The notes under the pieces: generated by a model
What the model saw: the letters and a program-made list of their open reading frames with translations, nothing else
Database searches by the model: none
Told to the model about the DNA's origin: nothing
Program-made: the position numbers and the translations under genes
In this document: one piece after another, positions 34,686 through 41,796 of the stretch
Layout of the letters: every line of letters starts with the position of its first letter
How positions within the stretch are numbered: the first letter of the stretch is position 1
NCBI RefSeq assembly: GCF_001194135.2
Contig: NC_069009.1
Location: 2,730,845-2,772,640, forward strand
Source of the DNA: Octopus bimaculoides
Taxonomy: Eukaryota
DNA length: 41,796 nucleotides
Direction: 5' to 3'

Positions 34686-34868
34686 AACTAGCAAGGTCAT
34701 CAAGTAACTTGCAAGACAAAGATCCTTTGAAAGGGAGAGGGGTATCGTAGGAGGTGACCTTGGATCAGATTATGAAAGGTGACAGAGAAACAGAAACGGG
34801 TGTCTTGCTGTAGAGGAGGCACATCCTTTTGACATTATATATACACACACATATATAAATCTAAGTGT

Positions 34869-34905
<37 letters not shown>

Positions 34906-35273
34906 ATTCAATAATAGGATAAAGTCTGTAAGAATTTATCAAGTTGTTAGCTTGAAAAAACCTCATAAGGGGAAAAAAAAACCATCATTAATTCCCTATA
35001 AATATATTCATTAATTTATATAAGGGCATTTCTATACATGAATGCCTCATGCTAAGAGGGACTCTAAAAGTCAAACTACCATAATAATATGCCCTTATAT
35101 AAATTTATATATATATATATATATAGAAGAAAATGGATGTAATAATAAAGGGAAACTCATTGTTTTCACTGGTATGCCTTTAATTTAATTAGATACCAAA
35201 GAAGGGAGCAATGGTGAAGGTAGCATTTATGATCGTTTCGATTTACTAGTTTTAGTAAATCTCTTCAGAATGC

Positions 35274-35400
35274 GAAAAATAGATTGGTACATTGGTTGGG
35301 ATGTGAAAATAGATTGGTACATCGGTTGGGATGTGAAAATAGATTGGTACATCGGTTGGGATGCGAAAAATAGATTGGTACATCGGTTGGGATGCGAAAA
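35274..35400. repeat. ~30-bp minisatellite, 4 copies
   Basis: gaaaatagattggtacatcggttgggatg(t/c) x4 without spacers. Confidence 0.95.
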
Positions 35401-35467
35401 TATTTGAACCAAAATTGCTGGCTTTGTGCCGAAATTTGAAGTCAATATTAACTACTAAGTTATATAT

Positions 35468-36175
35468 TTAATAATGTAGTCCTAGATACAATATGTCTGT
35501 AATAAGAGATGGGAGACCACTGCTGTAACATCTTTTGAGCATAGGTCTACTGGATTAGAACTAATCTGGGGGTTAACCAACTATACACACAACTACTGTA
35601 CCATTTAATAATGCAGTCCTAGATACACTATGCCTCAATAAGAGATGGGATGGTCCAACTGGAATATCACTGGTCATAGGTCAGCTGGAAGAAAACTGAC
35701 CTCAAGTTTATACTACAACTACAACCACTAATACTAACTACTCCACTGTACATTAGGTAATGTATTCCTAGATAGACCATGTCTGAATAAAAGACGGGAT
35801 GGTCACAGTTGGAACAACTTTGTCTATAAGTCTGCAGGATCAGGACTGAACTAGGATTAAACAACAGTAGCTATAGCCACTAATATTAACTGCTATACTA
35901 TACATCAGATAGTGTAGTCCTAGATACACTGTGTCTGAATAAAAGATGGGGTGGTCACGTTTGGAACATCTTTGAGCATAGATGAACTGGATCAAGACTG
36001 ACCTGGTGCTAAACAACAGCTATAGCCACTAATACTATTATATTAAACATTAGATAATGTGGTCCTAGATACACTATGCCTGAATAAAAAGCAGGATGAT
36101 CACAGCTGGAGCATCTTTGATCATAGGTCTGCTGGATCAAGACTGACCCGTGGCTAAACAATTGCAACTATAACC
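35468..36175. repeat. Degenerate ~140-150-bp tandem array (5 copies; further copies at 36593-36705 and 39100-39270)
   Basis: aatgtagtcctagatacactatg..gaataaaagatgggatggtcacag..ggaacatctttga.cataggtct..ggggttaaacaac. Confidence 0.85.
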
Positions 36176-36212
36176 ACCAATGCTAATTTAGTAAACTGTA
36201 TAATTGATAAAC

Positions 36213-36580
36213 GTGGAGGCGCAATGGGCCAGTGGTTAGGGCAGGGGACTCGCGGTCATAGGATCGCGGTTTCGATTCCCAGAATGGGCGTTGTGAGTGT
36301 TTATTGAGCGAAAACACCTAAAGCTCCACGAGGCTCCGGCAGGGGATGGTGGCGAACCCTGCTGTACTCTTCCACCACAACTTTCTCACACTCTTACTTC
36401 CTGTTTCTGTTGTGCCTGTAATTCAAAGGGACCAGCCTTGTCACACTGTGTCACGCTGAATATCCCCGAGAACTACGTTAAGGGTACACATGTCTGTGGA
36501 GTGCTCAGCCACTTGCACGTTAATTTCATGAGCACGCTGTTCCGTTGATCGGATCAACTGGAACCCTCGATGTCGTAAGC
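36213..36580 (+). mobile_element. tRNA-derived SINE, family E
   Basis: gtggaggcgcaatgggccagtggttaggg...ggtttcgattcc...gatcaactggaaccctcg; reverse complement of 652-1012. Confidence 0.9.
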
Positions 36581-37064
36581 AACAATATTTGATAATGTAG
36601 TCTTAGTTACACTAGGTTTAAATACAAGAGGCGAAGATCACAACTGGAAGATCTTTGAACACAGGTCTATGGGGGATCAGGAATAACCTGGGGTTAAACA
36701 ACAATAATGTTAAACTTACCCAATTTGTTGTTACCGTAACAACAGGGTCACCACCTTGTTCTAATCTGAATGTCAAGTTTCTTCAAAACTTTTCTCTGGG
36801 TTCAACACTTGGAACTCCCTGAAGAGAGACAGAAAAAGGAAAGGTGAGAAAATGATGACAATGTTTGTGGTAATGGTAGTGATCGTGTAAGGCTAGAGAG
36901 ATGGGGGCGAAGACCTCCTTTACAAATGTTATATGGACACAAACTGTGTGTCAATAGCCAGCTGGAAAAGATGTTTTCCTGGGACTAAAACAGTAACATC
37001 ATCCTTTATAGGCCTGCCACATTCTGTTGGTATATAAACATTACTATCCGGCACTGCGTAAAAG

Positions 37065-37216
37065 TACCCAGTATACTCTGTAAAGTGGTTGGTGTTAGGG
37101 AGGGCATCCAGCCATAGAAACCATGCCAAAACAGACAGGGTGCCTGAATAGTCCTTCAGCTGGTCAGCTCCTGTTAAACTGTCAAACCCATGCCAGCATG
37201 GGTTAGGGTTAGGGTT
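37065..37216 (+). mobile_element. Family B fragment ending in telomeric units
   Basis: ...catgccagcatg followed by ggttagggttagggtt. Confidence 0.7.
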
Positions 37217-37469
37217 AACATCAGAGATGTTGTGCCCAATGAAGGAACTGCAGACATTTTGCAAGCTCTTTTAAATCCATTGCATTATTGGAAACCCCTT
37301 CCATACCATCAGCAAGTATCTCAGGGTCATAAGCATCTGGCCCCGTAGCCAGCACCCTTTATCTCAATGGGGCAATGAGGGCCGAGCTGAACTTGTGGAA
37401 GGGTTCCACTTGTGGTCCCCTATCACCCATCGCCATCTCGAGCTAGTTTCAGCTGCCCAGACTATTTCT

Positions 37470-37858
37470 TTACTCTTTTACTTGTTTCAGTCATTTGACT
37501 GCGGCCATGCTGGAGCACCGCCTTTAGTCGAGCAAATCGAACGCAGGACTTATTCTTTGTAAGCCTAGTACTTATTCTTTCGGTCTCTTTTTGCCGAACC
37601 GCTAAGTTACGGGGACGTAAACACACCAGCATCGGTTGTCAAGCGATGGTGGGGGACAAACACAGACACACAAACACACATATATATACGACGGGCTTCT
37701 TTCAGTTTCCGTCTACCAAATCCACTCACAAGGCTTTGGTCGGCCCGAGGCTATAGCAGAAGACACTTGCCCAAGGTGCCACACAGTGGGACTGAACCTG
37801 GAACCATGTGGTTGGTAAGCAAGCTACTTACCACACAGCCACTCCACTCCTGCGCCTA
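37470..37858 (-). mobile_element. SINE family A, full length and little diverged
   Basis: Reverse complement of 18208-18580. A family D 5' fragment follows at 37880-37995 and a partial family A copy at 38200-38490. Confidence 0.9.
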
Positions 37859-39295
37859 TATATATATAAATATATATATTCATTGACCCTGAAAGGATGA
37901 AAGGCAAAGTCAACCTCAGCAGAATTTGAACTCGGACCATGAAGACAGACGAAATACCACAAGGCATTTCGCCTAGTATTCTAATGATTCTGCCTTAACT
38001 TGCTGAAATAATATTTGAGATGCTTTACCTCTACTAAGTATAGAAGCAGATGCATTATGTAAGATGAATTTTAAGGATCTGATATAAGGGTTAAACTGGC
38101 ATTCCATTGGTTACAACGATGAGGGTTCCAGTTTGATCAGATCAACAGAGCAGCCTGCTCGTGAAATATTAACATGTAAGTGGTTGAGCACTCCACAGAG
38201 TCATTTTGACTGTGGCAATGCTGGAGCACTGCCTTTAGTCGAACAAATTGACCCTAGCACTTACTCTTTGGAAGCCTAGTACTAATTCTATCAGTCTCTT
38301 TTGCCAAACTGCTAAGTTACAGGGACGTAAACACACCAACATCGGTTGTCAAGCAATGGGGGGGGGGGACAAACATAGACACAAAATTACATATATATAT
38401 ATATATATATACAACAGGCTTCTTTCAGTTTCCGTCTACCAAATTCACTCACAAAGCTTTGGTTGGCCTGAGACTATAGTAGAAGACACTTACCTATATA
38501 TCCATGTATATATATATGCATATATTTATATATATATATATATTATATGATCAAACGCCACAANNNNNNNNNNNNNNNNNNNNNNNNNNNNNNNNNNNNN
38601 NNNNNNNNNNNNNNNNNNNNNNNNNNNNNNNNNNNNNNNNNNNNNNNNNNNNNNNNNNNNNNNNNNNNNNNNNNNNNNNNNNNNNNNNNNNNNNNNNNNN
38701 NNNNNNNNNNNNNNNNNNNNNNNNNNNNNNNNNNNNNNNNNNNNNNNNNNNNNNNNNNNNNNNNNNNNNNNNNNNNNNNNNNNNNNNNNNNNNNNNNNNN
38801 NNNNNNNNNNNNNNNNNNNNNNNNNNNNNNNNNNNNNNNNNNNNNNNNNNNNNNNNNNNNNNNNNNNNNNNNNNNNNNNNNNNNNNNNNNNNNNNNNNNN
38901 NNNNNNNNNNNNNNNNNNNNNNNNNNNNNNNNNNNNNNNNNNNNNNNNNNNNNNNNNNNNNNNNNNNNNNNNNNNNNNNNNNNNNNNNNNNNNNNNNNNN
39001 NNNNNNNNNNNNNNNNNNNNNNNNNNNNNNNNNNNNNNNNNNNNNNATAAATACATATATACACACATATATATGATTGTAACATCATTGATCATATGTC
39101 TACCGGAAAGGGCTGACCGGGGGCTAAACAGCAACAACAACCAAAGACATTAATACTAACTACTATACTGTACATTAGATAATGTAGTCCTAGATACACT
39201 ATGCCTAAATAAAAGATAAGATAGTCACAGTTAAAACATCTTTGATCATAGGTCTGTTGGATAAGATAAACTACACACACACAAATAGATAAGTG

Positions 39296-39480
39296 CAGGC
39301 GTGGCTGTACGATAAGAAGCTTACTTCCCAACAACATGGTTCCGGGTTCAGTCCCACTGCGTGTCACCTTGGGCAAGTGACTCCTACGGTAACCTCAGGC
39401 TGACCAAAGCCTTGTGAGTGGATTTGGTAGACGGAAACTGAAAGAAGCCTGTAGTGTGTGTGTGTGTGTGTGTATTTGTC
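39296..39480 (+). mobile_element. SINE family A, 5' half
   Basis: gcaggcgtggctgtacg...ggttccgggttcagtcccactgcgtgtcaccttgggcaagtg. Confidence 0.85.
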
Positions 39481-39487
39481 CTCTAGA

Positions 39488-39750
39488 AAGATAGATAGAT
39501 AGATAGATAGATCGATAGAAAGACAGACAGACAGAAAGATACTAGACAGAAAGATAGATAGATACTAGACAGAAAGATAGATAGATATATAAATAGATGG
39601 ATACTAGACAGATAGATTGATAGATGGATACTAGACAGATAGATAGATGGATAGATAGATAGATAGACAGATATATACTAGACTGATAGATTGATAAATA
39701 CTAGACAGATAGATAGACAGATCGGACAGTCAGTCGGTAGATAGATAGCT
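39488..39750. repeat. (GATA/GACA)n compound microsatellite
   Basis: Directly visible. Confidence 0.95.
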
Positions 39751-40512
39751 AGATGCTTCTTTCATCTCTTATAGAAATTATCTAACTTTGCTTGTTGTGT
39801 GTGTGTGAGTGTATATATATATATATANNNNNNNNNNNNNNNNNNNNNNNNNNNNNNNNNNNNNNNNNNNNNNNNNNNNNNNNNNNNNNNNNNNNNNNNN
39901 NNNNNNNNNNNNNNNNNNNNNNNNNNNNNNNNNNNNNNNNNNNNNNNNNNNNNNNNNNNNNNNNNNNNNNNNNNNNNNNNNNNNNNNNNNNNNNNNNNNN
40001 NNNNNNNNNNNNNNNNNNNNNNNNNNNNNNNNNNNNNNNNNNNNNNNNNNNNNNNNNNNNNNNNNNNNNNNNNNNNNNNNNNNNNNNNNNNNNNNNNNNN
40101 NNNNNNNNNNNNNNNNNNNNNNNNNNNNNNNNNNNNNNNNNNNNNNNNNNNNNNNNNNNNNNNNNNNNNNNNNNNNNNNNNNNNNNNNNNNNNNNNNNNN
40201 NNNNNNNNNNNNNNNNNNNNNNNNNNNNNNNNNNNNNNNNNNNNNNNNNNNNNNNNNNNNNNNNNNNNNNNNNNNNNNNNNNNNNNNNNNNNNNNNNNNN
40301 NNNNNNNNNNNNNNNNNNNNNNNNNNNNNNNNNNNNNNNNNNNNNNNNNNNNNNNNNNNNNNNNNNNNNNNNNNNNNNNNNNNNNNNNNNNNNNNNNNNN
40401 NNNNNNNNNNNNNNNNNNNNNNNNNNNNNNNNNNNNNNNNNNNNNNNNNNNNNNNNNNNNNNNNNNNNNNNNNNNNNNNNNNNNNNNNNNNNNNNNNNNN
40501 NNNNNNNNNNNN

Positions 40513-40623
40513 GTGAACTAGCCGGCATCCGAGTCGGGTGAACTAGCCGGCATCCGAGTCAGGTGAACTTGTTAGTATTTGAGTCGGGTGAACTAGTCAG
40601 TATTTGAGTCGGGTGGACTAGTC
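40513..40623. repeat. 25-bp minisatellite, ~4 copies
   Basis: gtgaactagccggcatccgagtcgg and variant gtgaactagtcagtatttgagtcgg. Confidence 0.9.
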
Positions 40624-40639
40624 CTGCAAAAATAGGTGA

Positions 40640-41225
40640 ATGGCTTCCGTGCCAGTGACACATAAATAGCACCATTTGAGCACTATCGTTACCAGTGTCA
40701 CCTTGGTGGCACATTCGAAAACATTCGAGCGAGGTCGTTGCCAGTGCTGCTGGACTGGCTCCTGTGCAGGTGGCACGTAAAAAACACCATTTTGAGCGTG
40801 GCTGTTGTCACTACCGTGTGACTGGCCCTCATGCCGGTGGCACGTAAAAGCACCCACTACACTCTCGGAGTGGTTGGCGTTAGGAAGGGCATCCAGCTGT
40901 AGAAACTCTGCCAGATCAGACTGGAGCCTGGTGTAGCCATCTGGTTCGCCAGTTCTCAGTCAAATCGTCCAACCCATGCTAGCATGGAAAGCAGAAGTTA
41001 AATGATGATGATGATGATTATATATATATATATATAAAAATCATCATCTTTTAATGTCAGTTTTCCATGCTGGCATGGGTTGGATGATTTGACAGGTGGT
41101 GGCATGCTGGAGAGCTCTACCAGGTCCCAAATGTCTGTTTTGGCATAGTCTCTAAGGCTGGGTGCCCTTCCTAATGCCAACCACTTTACAGAGCGTAGTG
41201 GGTGGTTTGTACATGGCTCCAGTAC
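40640..41225. mobile_element. Family B (+, 40640-41017, with tandem 5' subunits) tail-to-tail with inverted family B (-, 41040-41225)
   Basis: ccaacccatgctagcatggaaa...gatgatgat (AT)n atcatcatc...ttccatgctggcatgggttgg. Confidence 0.85.
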
Positions 41226-41253
41226 AGCTGATTTTTACATACATACATTATAT

Positions 41254-41289
<36 letters not shown>

Positions 41290-41489
41290 ATATACACACA
41301 CAAACATATACGTACATACATACACTTGGACACAGCTAATCCAGTCTACGCAACTGAAAATACAAATAGACCGTTCCACACTATATGACTCTCATCTTCT
41401 ATCTGGAACACATATGTTAATTATTCTCGTCATTGATCGCAGGTGAAATACCCATGGAATGAAATGCAGAACGATGATGTTGCAATCAA

Positions 41490-41521
<32 letters not shown>

Positions 41522-41796
41522 TTTTCTACTCCAATATCAGACTGTTTCCTATAGTCGATATATATATGGCAAAAACTTATAATTATGTTTACATTATCAC
41601 TCATTGTGGTTTCTTAACTTATGCAGTACACACACACACACAAATGAGTGGTATAAGATATAAGATGCAGATACAGAGAATCATATCAATATTTCTATCT
41701 CAGGACATTGTGGCTTATACTTACACATATATTCTGATGTGTGTGTACATGTTTATACAAGTATATACATGTGTGTGTGTGTATATATATATATAT

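Noticed and set aside
35274-35400. CRISPR-like ~30-bp repeats (also 40513-40623)
   Set aside because: Head-to-tail units without unique spacers, eukaryotic context, no cas genes.
36213-36290. tRNA-like sequences with A/B boxes (also ~940-1012 and ~2020-2088)
   Set aside because: They continue into conserved SINE bodies and lack a complete cloverleaf; these are SINE heads.
7232-40541. Long ORFs (160-320 aa) composed mostly of X
   Set aside because: They run through assembly N-gaps (about 7274-7961, 9057-9576, 22016-22412, 24728-25351, 38563-39046, 39828-40512) and carry no coding information.

Overview
AT-rich, repeat-dense eukaryotic genomic DNA from a gapped draft assembly (eight N-runs). 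The SINE, MITE and microsatellite content points to an octopus or other cephalopod; this is inferred, not proven. One protein-coding gene is firmly supported: the 5' part of UBA1 (ubiquitin-activating enzyme E1) on the minus strand. Five coding exons were reconstructed by hand (6606-6484, 5149-5082, 2405-2237, 1346-1212, 491-385), all with GT-AG boundaries and compatible phases, and the gene continues off the left edge. The joined protein begins MSSGSETQTSSPPPTKRSRV...[36 protein letters not shown].... It keeps an N-terminal NLS-like segment, an internal MAKNG start equivalent to human Met41 (UBA1b, the VEXAS residue) and a Met67 equivalent. The ATG exon is preceded by a ~294-nt AG-free zone with a candidate distant branch point. 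The rest of the window is several tRNA-derived SINE families, at least six TIR elements or MITEs, Penelope and mariner remnants, minisatellites, purine-rich low-complexity tracts and two CpG-retaining, promoter-like zones. Almost all ORFs in the supplied track are artefacts. There is no CRISPR array, rRNA or true tRNA gene, and no second protein-coding gene could be supported.
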